Positions 25,313 to 38,791 of a stretch of DNA of 64,000 nucleotides are shown piece by piece (within the stretch, counting starts at the first letter, position 1; each line of letters opens with the position of its first letter). Under the pieces are notes generated by a model. That model saw only the letters and a list, made by a program, of their open reading frames with translations, did no database searches and was not told where the DNA came from. The stretch lies in contig BCIN01000002.1 in the NCBI GenBank assembly GCA_039545335.1, forward strand, positions 186,001 to 250,000, written 5' to 3'. Made by a program: the position numbers and the translations under genes. This stretch comes from Kondoa subrosea (taxonomy: Eukaryota).

Positions 25313-26670
25313 ATGGCTGGAGATGATCAAGGCGCTTTAAGCGTATTGCTGTGTACAGCTGTGAGCTTATAGCAGCTTCCATCGTGTCCAGAGCTGAATA
25401 TCAGACTCTCACTAGGGCTATGATCATGTGCGTTTTCTTGTTCTTTCGTGCGAAGCGCTATTCTCATCTGGCCCTTGAAAGGATAGACCATCCGTCTATG
25501 GGAAGCTTGGTCTGGCAAGAGCTCACGAACAATCCAGCATAGCGATACAGTGCGCTTTGCTCTTGAATCTTTATAACCTCTGATGCGAATTTAACTTCTT
25601 CTTCTTTCTCAAATAATCAGCAAGTCAATCGATTGGCCATTTCACCAGACAAGAGATTCATAGCTGCAGCAGGAGCAGACAAAATTCGACTCTTTGATGT
25701 TCAGCACTCAGGTGTACCTGCAGGTGCTCAAGCAGGTGCTGGAGGTGGATCAAATCCTATCGCCGTTTTCGAAGGTCATACTGGAAACATTACTGCTTTG
25801 GCTTGGCATATTGATGGAAATTGGATCGTTACGGGTAGTGAAGATGGGACGCTTAAGATATGGGAAGTGAGGTAGGGTGTCTTCCTTCATTGATATGCAT
25901 TCCACATTGACAGGCTAGGTGTAATCTACAGAGGCAACACCGTTCAACGCAACTTCGATCACAGATCACCAGTCAATGATTGTGTAATCCATCCAAATCA
26001 AGGAGAATTGGTTTCGTGCGATCAATCTGGAGCTATTAAAGTTTGGGATCTACAGCAAAATCAATGTACACATGAACTGGTCCGTCCTTTCCTCAGCTTT
26101 CCTTATATCATCTTGACATAATTAGGGCAGCTACCGGAAGACGATGTACCAATGAGATCTGTTTCAGTCGCATCAGATGGTTCTTGTCTTGTAGGAGGCA
26201 ACAACAAAGGCAATATCTATATCTGGGGTTGGACAGAAAACGAGTCTGGCGAAACGACCTTGTTTCCGAAACACAAGTTTCAAGCTCATTCCAAATATCT
26301 TTTGAGATGTTTGATGAGTCCGGATACGAGGTTCTTGGCTACTTGTTCTGCTGATACAACAATCAAGATCTGGAATCTGGAACATGGTACACATAAGTTG
26401 GATAAAGTTTTGGAAGGTCATCAAAGATGGGTTAGTCTTTTCTTTCTCAAGATGATACGCAAAAGCTTTTGTACTAATCTGCTCTCCGAGAAGGTGTGGG
26501 ACATGGCCTTTTCCGCTGATTCGGCCTACTTGGTCAGCGCGAGTTCGGATCATACTGCCAGATTGTGGGAACTGGCAACGGGATCAACGGTCAGACAATA
26601 CACTGCACATCAGAAAGCATGCACAGCTATAGCTTTGAACGATGTGAGTGGTGTCTCGCGTGTCAATTGA
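25313..26670 (+). CDS. LST8: TOR complex subunit LST8 (WD40)
   Basis: [100 protein letters not shown]. Confidence 0.96.
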
Positions 26671-26902
26671 GGAGACTCATTCGTTCCTTTGCGCAGATCA
26701 ACTTAGCTTAGAAGGCGCGCGACTAGGTTTATCCAGGAAGCGAAGCGTCGTCAGGATATTGACAGGAATACCAGGCATCAGAAGTTACCCAGACCAATGT
26801 ATAATCAGAAAGCTGAAATCTATGATAATAAAAACTATTATCTTTGCGTGTATCTACATTGCTTTTTGTAATCTATCGTGTCTACCAAAGGTAATTAGTC
26901 CC

Positions 26903-28220
26903 TCAGTCCCAACGGCCACGAGCGCCTGTTAAAGATCAATGATGAGCTCATTCTCGCTCAACACACGGGCAGAGAAGCGACATACGGACAGAGGGGCGAA
27001 GACCATCGGTCAAACTTGACAAAGCTGCAGCGGGTGCTCCAGTGGCGGATGAAAGAGCGGCAGCACTGCGAAGAGCCGTCAACCGAGTATAAAATTGTCA
27101 TCCGATCGAAAGACTTACGGAGCGCCAGTAACAGATGAAAGGGCAGCAGCGCTGGAAAGAACCGTCAGCAATGTATATTATTTTTTCGATCGGAAGACAT
27201 ACGGAGCACCAGTAGCAGAAGAGAGTCTTCCAGAAGCGGAAGACAAAAGACCACCGGCAGCAGCTGTTGCAGAAGGCATCATGCTGCTCATCATCATCGA
27301 ACCAGACATGGAGGCAGATTGAACAGCTCCGGTCAATTGTGAAGCCCAGTATTGGATAGCGGCCTCGAGTGAAATAGGTAGGCCAGCAAGAAGGGCAGCT
27401 TGGTTTGAGCCGCAAACGTTGATGAAGACTTGAAGAGTGGTAACGCCAGTTGTAGCCTATGAGAGTAAGATCAGCTCATTGTGTCTCGAATCAGAGATAG
27501 AACTGACGTTTGCATAGACTTGTAAATCATTGAAAGTGGATGCAACGTCGACACCTTGGGTAGAGAATGCTGCGGTGCTGTTAGCGACTTGGTGAAGGGC
27601 ACCAGTCATCATGTTGATAGTTGAGTTGACCAAGACTTCAGAGACAGAGTAGTTTGCTCCCATTGGCATGTAGGTACGAGTAGCGCCAGTCATGTTGGTT
27701 CCCGAAGAAGCAGTGACCATTCCAGGTCTATATGAGATAGTATGATTAGCAAGTTATAGCTACAATAACGCCAAATTACGTACGCGCTGCCAGTCCAGTT
27801 CGAAAAGTACATCACGGCAGTCGAAAGGTCGACGTTAGTGAAAGTTGTGTTAGCGATGCCATAGGTAAGGGAGTAGCCAGCAGCTTTACAAACGATGTCA
27901 GACTCGGACGCATTGGAACATGGTGGGAGACTCACGGCAATCGTAACCGTAAGAGGTGTTGGCAGTGACTGGGATACCACTGACAGCAGCAGACTGCGCA
28001 GCAGATGGTCTGAAGATCAATCACATAATCAGGCTTGTATTTCTTGGATAAGCATCTAAAAAACTTACACAGGTCCGCTCATTGATGAAGCTGATAAAGA
28101 TTCACCGGGCTGTACTGAAACTACAGCTGAAGCGACAACTGAAGCAGCAGATGGAGCGGCAGAAGACTGTGCTTGGGCATAAGAGGCAAGAGCGAGAAGT
28201 GTTGCTGCAGTGAACTTCAT
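26903..28220 (-). CDS. Secreted Ser/Ala/Thr-rich protein with a central globular (possibly SRPBCC/Bet v1-like) domain and C-terminal AAALSSxTGAP repeats
   Basis: Signal peptide MKFTAATLLALASYAQA; core GTNMTGATRTY...VSEVL...FINVCGSN; several N-glycosylation sequons. Confidence 0.7.
27032..27226 (-). repeat. Tandem ~85-bp exon+intron repeat units
   Basis: Introns 27066-27118 and 27152-27202 are visibly similar and flank a 33-nt exon of repeated peptide. Confidence 0.85.
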
Positions 28221-28668
28221 CTTAGGCGTATGTATGGTTGATAGAGAGAAAAGTAAGAACTACTTGAAAAGGCAAAGAAAAAAGCTAATCCAAAAAGTGA
28301 GACATTGACGAATTAAGTAAATGACACATGTACACGTGCTTGTCGCGACTCCAATTTATTCAGATCACGTAAGCGGCAGATGGAGGTCCCGCTCGGGTTT
28401 CTCCGTTTACTATTTGTAGCAAGGGTCAGGGACAGGAAAGCAGCAGGACGTGATAAGGCGCAAATCATAGTAGGTAGGTAGAGCTCAGCACTTTAAGTAG
28501 ATCAACTGTAAAACACATTGCAAGACGATTCTAAATGCGCATGTACGAACAGCTTTTATACAAATGCCCTAAAGAAATACACACCCAATTGAACTGAACT
28601 GAAAATACACACATGCCCTTGAGCTTATTCACACTTAGATAATGCTTATCGAACGGAACAAGGTTGAA

Positions 28669-30336
28669 TCAAGATCTTTTCGAAGTAGGTGCAAGACTAT
28701 AGAGACAACCAAAAGATCAGTCATGTTCTAAATCACAATGGAATGGAGAAACTTACCTCGATTTTCTTGGTGGCGAAACCGGTGCTGATTCACCATGCAA
28801 AGTCCTCAGACTAGCAATACTGCTCTTATTCTTCAAGCCCAAGAAATTGGCAAACGATTTCTTTGGTTTCAGCGTCTTCTCTACTACTGAAGGGGCTGCT
28901 GCTGATGGTTGTAGGGTGGTAGTAGAAGAAGAATTGGACAGAGTACGATCTCGCGAAGAAGATGACGGAGGCGAAAGTGATTGCGGCGGAGAAGAACGAA
29001 TATGCAACATGGATGCTTTGCGAGGTGGTGGTGAAGGAGTAGTACCTAGCTCCAACGGTTGAACAGCTGTAAATTGTTGATCGATGTATTCCGACCATAT
29101 CGGTTTACTTCCGCACAACATATAGTCTGTAGCTGCTTCTTCGTCCAGAGGTGATTCTGCAATCGAAGGAGGCGATGGCAAGCCATACAAAGAGGATAAA
29201 CTTCCGCTTCTACCCATAATGGAAGAGGTGAAAGATTCAGCTCCAACAGATCCTTTTCTACTACTTCCAGCTGCGCTTGATCGACTGCCAGTCAAGGATG
29301 GAGTGGTGTAAGAAGTGTAAGAAGTCGAGTCTGTTCCAGATGACCATCGGAAAGAGTTTACTGAAGAAGAAGTTTGGTGCGAGGCCGTAGAGCGGACTGA
29401 GGATCTTAGCAGAGGCGATCCATATTCCGATTCAGGATTGGGCGATAAAGGTGGTGTCGAGATTGGACTGGAACGGAGACTTGATACATTGCTATGTAAA
29501 GCGCTGAGCATTCGGTTACCGGCAACTTGACTGTCTGAGAAACCGCGTTTCATCGAAGCAGATGTAATGTTGTCTTTTGGAGGAGGAGCAGGAGGCGTAG
29601 AGAGTCGCTTGCTGGAAGTAAGAGTTTGCGAATATGGTAATTTTGCAGCAGAACAACATTCGGGCGGAGTGAGTTGTAAAGCTGAGATAAGGTCGTTGCC
29701 GACTTGCAATTCATTTGTGATGTTGGATCGAGGAGGAGGCAGGGGGAAAGAAGCTGAGGAAGCCAAAGCACGATAGTCTTCTGCTTGTTGTTGTTTCGAT
29801 GTGATGGGCGAAGTGAATTCAGGGGAGAGAAGGAATCCAGGTTTGCGCGCGGCTGGAGTGGGACTCGTTTGTCTTGCGGGATTGAATTTCTGGGAAGAAG
29901 GCCTAGGTGTCCGTTCTGGATCCATATCTTGAGCCTCATCATAACCCGAATCTCCTGCCTCTTCAGCTAAAGCTTGAGCAGGCCAATCCAACTCATCCAA
30001 GTCGCATGAATCCAATAGTGCTTCCACATCTAAACTCGATAGTGAAGTAGACGAGATGGAAGGATATCTGGAATGACCAGGCTGGAAAGTAGACGCGACT
30101 GATGCATATTGGCTTTGTTGAGATGCTCGAACAGTTTCAGTTCGACTATAAATGTCAAGTGATGAGTACGATATTGAGTATAAAGTGAGACGCGCAATCT
30201 ACCTTCGACTAGATTTATGATAGGGCTCTGGGAAATCTTCGAGAATTGTAGCAGTAGGTGAATGAGGCGCGTCCATAAAGACATCATCCTCGTCTCCTAG
30301 TACTGGTGAAGATGAGATATAACGGAGTGAAGACAT
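28669..30336 (-). CDS. Hypothetical low-complexity Ser/Pro-rich protein
   Basis: 424-aa ORF extends 5' through one intron (~30150-30202) to ATG 30336. A short terminal exon follows GTAAGT at ~28755. Confidence 0.7.
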
Positions 30337-30928
30337 TGCTTGCAGTTCTAGAGGAGAGAAAGCGAAGTATAGACGTGCTTTTTCTGCAGCAGGGCAGGCA
30401 AGCTTGCTACGTGACCGGAATGTTCAAGTAGACAGGTGTGCAGAGCGGCGTGTCAATATAGTGCTCCGAGTCCGAGGAGATGAAGTCGGAATATGTGCGT
30501 TGCCAGATAGATTTGACTTGTACGTGATGGATTGGAGAGAAGGGATTGGAAAACAACAGGAGCTGGCCTTAACCGGACTGTGTTTAGTGCAAGCAAGTCT
30601 CAGCACAGGAATGCTTCAATTTCACCCAAGTCTTCAGACTGACCACAAAGTTCTTGTTCCTTTCGACTTGAATGTCGTGGTATAACGCGTTCTTTTGCTC
30701 CTCTCGTGGTTTGGTATATACACTATTCACTTTGACAGAGTTGGTGGACGCGAAAAAAGTCCCAATCACGACGTTGAGCCTTGTTGTGCACGAAAACAAA
30801 CGCAGAGACAAATCGCTGAACTGTGTCACCGAGCGGGCAAGCGGGTAGCTGTTTATCGGCTTCTATATTCTGTCCTTCGAGACCGTGTGCCTTTGCCAGC
30901 ATGAAAATGAGTGATTTCCGACTTCTTG

Positions 30929-32968
30929 TCATGCAGACAATGTCAATTCATACACTATCCACCCTACACCTTTCAAACTGTCGGTGTTCTCAACCCTTAA
31001 CCTGACGAATGCCCAACCACTCGGTTTCTCGTCTAAATATGTAAGTGGTAAACTTGTCAAAAGTTCAGTCGAACAGCGAGCGAGTCTTCTATGTCGCCTA
31101 AGCCAACTTTGACCTTGATTCCTACTTGATGCAGAAGAGGAAGCTTTGTGCTCAATTTGGTGCTCAATAAGAGGGAAAGCGGGTGATGGGAAATGGGAAG
31201 GATGCTGAGTTGTTTTACAGCTGAAGGCTAGAGATTTCTTGCCTCGAGCGGTTGTCTTGATTCACTCAGAATGTCAGATTGAATATGATCGCGATCAAGA
31301 GAAGTACTGACCCATCTATTACCGTCTCGAGAAACTTCAATTCTAAGATTCGGTATCAAATTTTCTTCATTCTCTATTGTGAGGTGCACATGTATTGTGG
31401 ATCTCGATGCAGGTTTGAAAGTAGACAAGAGCGCTAATCCAATATATTCGTCTTCCTTAATCGCTTATCACAGATGGAGGTTCAGCTCTCCTCGAAAAAC
31501 GATAGAAAGGCACAGACGTACGAAAAGGACTGATCCAAGCAGTACTATGATCTTCATCCACTGCATACGAAGTAGGGTACTTGATGTTCCACTTCTGTAG
31601 AGCTACGACATCTGCGCTTGCTGTCCAATTGCTGAAACCCGATTGAGAAACGCCTAAGAACCCTCTTTGTTCCTCCCATTGCCTCAAGAGCGAATTGGAA
31701 CCAGGCTCTGCATTTATGGGGTAAACGTCCTTTGAAGGTAGATATTTCGGTACATTTGTAATAAACAAACATCGATCTGAAGCGCAAGGACTATTCGATA
31801 TAGTCGTAAGAGGGGCGAGCTCTTGTTTTCTCGGTTCCTTGATCAAAGTATTGACTAGTTTGTTGATGCCGCGATCGATATGAATCTTGTTCCTTTCCAA
31901 TCCATTTGACCCACCGCTGAATCCAATTGGTCTGTCATCCAAACTAACTGCTCTGCTTTCAAGAACTGTAATAGGTCTGTTCAAAGAAGTTGAGAAATAA
32001 TTGTCGGCCAAAGAAGTTTCTTCCGCTGTCAAACTAAGGTCGGAAGAAGAGATCGTTTCCAGGAATTCAAGGGTCTGTTCTTTGGATGCGATAGATCCAT
32101 AACCTAACCAAACGAACTGCGCATCCAAGCCAATTGAGGGGTTTGGAAATCGCCATTCGTTTGCGTAAAGAGATGAAAACTCCTTGTCTGCCACGACCGT
32201 AAGCGAACGAGTTTTGTCTGCCTTGAAGGTGTTGTAAAGTGATTGGATCGACCAGAGAAGGTATTCGTCGTCCAGATGTAGGCAAAAAGGTGTTGCAGCT
32301 GCAGAGCAAGCGAGATGACGGGATAAGAAGAGATGATTCGTAACTGAATTATGGATCCGTAGTCGGAGAGGATGACATTGGAGTGAAGAGAATTCTGAGC
32401 GCGAAAGAAAGGTTGAAGGGTTGTTGTTCCAAATGACTATGTGCTTGATGAAGGGGAATTGGCAAAGATGTTCTACTGATATCTTTAGACTAGAAAGGCG
32501 TTTCCAATTGAGAAGGATAGCTGTCACATCTGCAACGACAGGCTCTACAGCAGCCGGTAGAACAGAGTGAGTCCTGCTGTCTGATATTCCTAAACGATTC
32601 AGGATCGGGTGCTCGTTCGTTACAAGAGAAGAAGGTGATGAAGGATGATACGAGAATGTAGATCGGTATGCTTCGCGAAGACCAAGAAAAGCTAAAAGTA
32701 TGAGAAAAATGGAACCAAGTCGATTGAGACCCAATTTCCGCCGCTGATCATCCGAGTATCGTAAAGCTCTGACGATCGGTCCAGAAGACTTAGGTTTTGA
32801 TGGAGACTCTTGCTTAGCGAAAGGGTTTTGCTCTTTGTTCCAAGCAGCAACGGAAAGGGAAGCGGCTCTTCTATTGGCTGTCCCTTGATGCTGCAACCTT
32901 TCTGATCCACTAGAAGACATTGATTGTTGCAGATCAAAGCGAGCTGAGTCCGTGTGACTTCTTGACAT
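30929..32968 (-). CDS. Type II membrane GT-A glycosyltransferase (GT64/EXTL-like) with a C-terminal discoidin/CBM32-like domain
   Basis: TM anchor SIFLILLAFLGL; VTAILLNWKR..IVIWNNNP..FCLHLDDEY (DxD-like). C-terminus YAVDED.STAWIS...EYIGL...VSRDG.RW...FVRL...W.VYEL. First ATG at 32968 (the longer ORF starts at TTG). Confidence 0.75.
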
Positions 32969-34591
32969 GGGGGTTGCGCTGTCTTCTGTTATCGTATTAT
33001 CCACAACCCATAACCATCTTGCACAGTCCAGTACAGCCAAGTAGATCAGCTCCAACCAAGAGTCCGGTTCTAGCTTAATGAGTTCTTGTCCTTTCCGCTG
33101 AGGTCTGAGTAGAGATGCAGAGCTTCGAAGTGATGATCGTTCCCACGCTTGCAACTTGGATTTGACAAGTTCAGTAAAGCGCAAAGAGCCTTCAGACCGT
33201 CTGGATGTAGATGAAGTAGGTGCAGGCAATCCATTAGGTCGCAGACCGAAGCCTCTATCATCGAATTAGCTGTACTCATGCACTTCTCTTTTGAAACTCG
33301 ACTCACCTGGATTGACCTAACAGCGATACATCTCGTACACGCTTTGGAGTTCCAAACAATGACTTGGAAGGCGAGGAAGGCTCTTCAGAAGCGTCTGCCT
33401 TTACATTAATGTTGATATGCACTTCCGGCGCCGACATTTGCAAGCGTGCTCGTGACCAGCCCAAGCCTAGGTATGGCTCTTTCGATGGATATCAAGCCGC
33501 TGGTGATCTACACGGGGCGCCACAGAGTATATCAGCTTGTTGCATCCAGATGTGACTGTTTATCTCAAACCATGAGCTTTGCCTTGGAGTTTCAAAATGC
33601 TGCAGCAATTGCTCTTTGATCCTACCGATACAGACTGGGTTGAATAGCTCTGGTACCTGCGCTTTTTGAGTTTCCTTCTACAATACTGCTAGCTCTTCAC
33701 GATAAGTAATTCGTATGGGTTGAGCATCATTCTGTCACTTACTGTAATTCACGCTGTGCCCATTTTGGCTGCTGCATGTGTTCAAGAATTCGAGGATCCT
33801 ACTTTTCTATCTTCTCTTTGCTGTCCTTATCGTTCAAACTTCTTCTTCTTCTTTGCTCGCATTATAATCCATTTGGTAGTATCACTTGAATTCCCTTCTT
33901 TTGCCTCTCACTATGAATAATCAAGTTCGTTCGGGACCGGCCGCATGCTGGCAAGATCGTCTAGCAAAGAGGCGTATTGCAAAACTCAAGTTCCCATGAT
34001 CTGCTTCAGCGAAACTTCCGCGATTGTGTTTGAATCTCTGGGTCTAGCTCAGCATCATCCATTTGCCTTGTCATATTCAGGTCGCAAACAAGTCCGACGC
34101 CTCAGAGTGTAGTCTCGGGTACGAAGGGCGTCTTTGGCGGTATGTCTCCTTCAGTTGTACGCGTTTCTTTCTCGCGATAAGTACGTCTGCATGATTCATA
34201 GAGTGTGCACACATCTCACAAAGCGATGGAGAGTGGTCTTTCAAGGTCTTGTGTGGTATTGTCGATTACTCATTTTGAGCTTTCGACACCCAAAAGGATC
34301 TTTTTGCGCTTCAGTGTATACTTGTATGAATGTAGCATCATTGTAGCTACGAGAGACGCGTAAAAATAGAGTTATCAGCGCGCCTGCTTCGCGCCTCCCA
34401 AAATTGTTCAGTCACCCTTTGTCTGATCTCAACGATTCCGTTGGACACTTCTCTCTCTCAAAGCCCAGCTTTGCTTCTCTTCTCGTTTCCAGTCTTCTTG
34501 CATTCCTTTTTGTTACGACCCAGCTGCAGGCCAGCTTTACAAACGACCCGCTTCACATTCCTTTCGAATACTTAAGATAAATCTTACGGCA

Positions 34592-36709
34592 ATGCTTTCC
34601 GCTACACTTCTAAGCCTGCTTTTGGCTCCTCTGTGTCTGGCACACATGCAGATGACAAAACCTGTGAGTGCTTTGCACAAACTTAGCCTCTGGTCTATAA
34701 CCTGACCTATGGCTTGACATGACCAGTACCCATTCAAGTCACCTTACGATCCAGCCAATAACTACCTTACGATTGATTACTCTATGAACGCACCGCTAGA
34801 ACAAGATGGAAGCAATTATCCTTGCAAAGGCTACAACTCGCTTTTCGATTCTACACCAACTAAAGATACTTTAACTGCTGGTCAAAGTTATAGCATCACC
34901 GTTGGTGGTACTGCTTCTCATAATGGTGGATCATGTCAAGTCTCTCTCAGTTATGATCAAGGAGCAACATTTGGCGTCATGTAGGTTTCTTCCAGATAGC
35001 GGTGACAATTGGTGAGCTTATAGTGCAAAACAGTCACTCAATGATTGGTGGATGTCCTCTAACAAACGAATATGAGTTCATGGTACCGGCTACCGCTCCT
35101 GCTGCCGAAAAGGTCTTGTTGTCTTGGAGTTGGATCAATCACTCGGGCAACAGGGAATTTGTCAGTATTTCCATTGATCTCGTAGTCCTAGCTGACTTCT
35201 GAACAGTATCAAAACTGCTCTCCTGTGTAGGTCAGACTAGCTGTATGCATATCTCTTGCTTGACAGCTGGTCCGAAAACCTACAGTAAGGTTGTCAACAC
35301 CAACAAGAATGCCGTACTTCGAGCACCAACTCTTTTCCGAGCCAACTCATTCGCGGACGGTACTTGCATCTCGCCTGAAGGTCTTGATGTGGTCTTCCCT
35401 AATCCAGGAAGTTCGGTTGTTTATGGAGGAGTAAGCTTGTCCGTCGCTTTGCTTGGAATGGCAACTAAAGCGGTCTGTAGGCCTATGCTTCTGACAAACC
35501 ATCTTCTGCGTCCAAATTACCCAATTGTGCATACAACGAGCCAAAGACTTTGGTCATCAACTCTTCTGGCGTGACTTCAGAAGATGGTATTACAGAAGCG
35601 GGAGCTGAAGAGGCTCTACCCACTTCAGCTGTTCCAGAAGACTCCAGCTCGCCTGCTATTCCTTCTCGCACATTGACTGAAGAAGACTCCTTCACCACTA
35701 CAACTCGAGAAGCCCAGGCCGAGTCGTTCTCTTCTTCTTCGACGACCTCAAAACCTATGCCCACGAACTCCATCACCGAAGAAGATACCTTTACTACAAA
35801 AGAAGCGAGCGAAGTCTTTTCCGTTCCCGGAAAAGTTCATATTACGACAGAAGTGAAATCAAGTTCTACCGAGATGCATTTCGCTACCTCTACCTCGCAA
35901 CCTTCACCTACTCAGCCCGAACAGGCTACTGTCCAGGTTCCCGCTCCACCTAAATATACACCCCCTTCTCCACCACCTTCTTCAAACAATAACGAGAATG
36001 AAGCGGGAGAAGAAGAAGAGCAATCAACGGAAAGCACACCAGCTACTGCTCCTACTCCTGTATCTCCACCCAGTCCAATAGCTACTTCTGCAGATAAGGC
36101 AGAAGGAGGATGCAAGAACAATGCCTTGAAATGTACTGGTAACGGATACAGCTTCGAATCATGCTGGGATGATCGATGGATTGCTATGGGTGCGTTGAGA
36201 AGTTTTCTGACATGTGCTCGGTGCTCATGATTCGATACTTCGCGTACAGGTTCTGTTGCTGCTGGAACAGTTTGCAGACATGGTCATATCGTAATGGATG
36301 TACCAGAAGAAGCGTGTGAAGACTCAGCAATGTATGTCCGGAGATTTGTCCGGTCCTTTTCTTTGACTGATAAATTCTGTCGTCATACAGCAAATGCACT
36401 TCTAATGTTACATGGAGTCTTTGTGCGAACTCACAATATATTCCAATGGGTATGTCGACTCCTCCCCTCAAGAAAATGCGTCTTACTAATGACTTGTTGA
36501 TAAATAGGTTCAGTAGCAGCAGGAGTGAGTTTCACTAGCCATTGCACTTTCGCAAGCATGATCTGATCGTGCCCTATTTTCGACAGACACAATGCCTTGA
36601 TGGCAAGATTGTAGCTTTACCTCCTAGTGGGTTATTGCGAAAGAGAAGACTACACAATCTACACAAACACAGAAACAGGCCTCATGGTAGGAATGCGCGT
36701 CTGGTGTAA
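34592..36709 (+). CDS. Lytic polysaccharide monooxygenase, AA11-like, with S/T/P linker and two C-terminal Cys-rich CBM19-like modules
   Basis: Signal peptide MLSATLLSLLLAPLCLA followed by His1 (HMQM..P.P); GSNYPCKGY, ASHNGGSCQVSLSYD, HSMIGGCP, WSWIN.SGNREFYQNC. Two C..C/W..MGSVAAGT.C repeats. Confidence 0.88.
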
Positions 36710-36924
36710 AACGATGAAGGCTGTCTGTTCAGTAAATTCAAGTTGTAAATATACATCGTTCAGTCACGCATTGCTTAGAATTGTGCGCTATTGTCGAAAG
36801 TATTTGCGACTATAGTCATCCTTCGAGAGACAATTCAGTTTTGCAGAGACGAAAGATCTTAGTCCACAATTCAAGAGAAATACATTGCAATGCCTGATCA
36901 ATACTAGAAGCAATACTTCGAGTC

Positions 36925-38665
36925 CTACCGCGTCGCTGCTCCTTTCGGGTCGTTCCAGCTATTAAGGCTCGAAGTAAGGTCTCCTGCTTGCACATCTAGA
37001 GAACGACTGACCTCAAATATTGCATGTCTGTGAAGCCATGGATATCAGTGAGCAAACAATTGGCTTCACAGGATAAGACAGCCCACCTCCCATCTATCAG
37101 CGAGGATCATATCAGTACTTGACACAAAGAATGTCGATCGCAAACACTGACCTTTCTCGGACGAATCAAATGCCTTAAAGTCAATGCCACTCCAATCAGC
37201 AAGCATAAACCAGCGACAACGAGGTAAGCTATTCCCAAGAAAGGATTCCTTCCTCCTACCCAGGAAACAGTGCTGAAAACTACAGATTTCGTTCCGCTGA
37301 AAGGTGCCATTGGGAAATCTGTGCGGTTTTATCCCATCTTAAGCACATCTCAAGTTGCTAAAGGAGGAAGAAACGCACTGGTATAAATATCTAGCTGATA
37401 TGTACCAGCTCTCATAGGTTGATCAGGTGCGCGTTGCCAAAGTTTCCTGCACGCGACGAACTCTAGCATCAAACTTGCTTACGCAAGTATTGACCGGAAG
37501 ATTCACGCACCTGAAAGTAGGTAACCCAGCCGTTCTCATCCAAACTTGGAAATGTTCATCGTTGTGCAAATCAGGCAGATTATCAGCCGTATAACCATTA
37601 GGGTAACGTTCTCTCCAGAAAGGTGGTGGAACGATTTGATCTGCTGTATAAGCTGTTGTTTTGTATTTATCGCTTTCTCCAGGCCAAACGATGCCTTGCT
37701 GAGTCATTGTGTATTCTGCTGGAGTAGAAATGGAAGAGTCTGTAGCTGCTGTTAGGACAGGGTTGGAGAAGGTATCTGGTTGAAAGGCATGTTAGTGAAG
37801 CGATATAATGATCAGCAAGAGAAGAATGGCACCATTGAATACTGAGTTGGCAATCAGACCGCAAGGATAGATGATTTTGCCTTCCGAGACATCCAAAGGT
37901 TTACATTCGCTTCCTTGAATACTTGAGTACGAAGCTGCTTTGCCAATGAACTGATCTGAGCTGTAAGATCGAACATAACGACGGTGATTCTGGTAGAAAT
38001 TGGTGAGTTTGTAATACATAAAGACTGGGTTATCCATTTCTTGAGGAACGTTGAAAGTCAATCGACAGAGGTTTTGTTGACCTGCTGGGTTTGCAGTGTT
38101 TTGTATGAATTCCCATCGAGGTGCTTCAATATTATCGTTACTGAATCCAGAGTAAGAATAATCATGGCCTGGAATTTCCGTTGCTGGTAAACCGATTGGA
38201 GCATTGGTTTCGCATGCTGTATAGTCTATCTCGAACTCCTTGACCTGTAGAAACAGAGAGGTCCGTTCGAATCCTGATTCCATGCCTTCCGTTCGAGACA
38301 TAGCCTCACCTTATTCGAACCCCATAACAGTCTAGATACAAGCGCTCGGTCAGCATGAGGTCTTGGTGCGGATGTACTCTGAACTGACAGGCCGCCTATC
38401 GGAGCAAACAGAATACCAATGACAAAGAAAGTCGGCAGAACAGTCTTAGGAGTCAAAATAGGTTGCCAGGCTTTAAGTCTTTGCTGTTTGAAGGCCGTAC
38501 TGTATACCAAACATCACCTCAATCAGTCTTCAGTCATGCCAGAGAACGGCATTTTCTGACTAACTTGCCAGGTCTTCGCATTAATCTCGCTCCCAAAGAT
38601 TCTCCCTCATGACCATCTGGATCAGGTTCAGATGCTGCTTTCTTCTTTCTGTTGAATAATCCCAT
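36925..38665 (-). CDS. CDC50: Phospholipid flippase beta subunit, CDC50/LEM3 family
   Basis: [71 protein letters not shown]. Confidence 0.96.
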
Positions 38666-38791
38666 CGCAAGAGGTATATATGAATCAAGAAGTCACTGTT
38701 TCGGATTGACCGTAGAACGCGTTTGGGAAACAGGCGGCCGAGTGTGTGCCATAGTACAAAGTAGTATTACAAAGCTGTCTATAACACTGTC

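Noticed and set aside
38260..38280. GTTCGAATCC tRNA T-loop-like motif
   Set aside because: It lies inside a short CDC50 intron with no cloverleaf stems around it.
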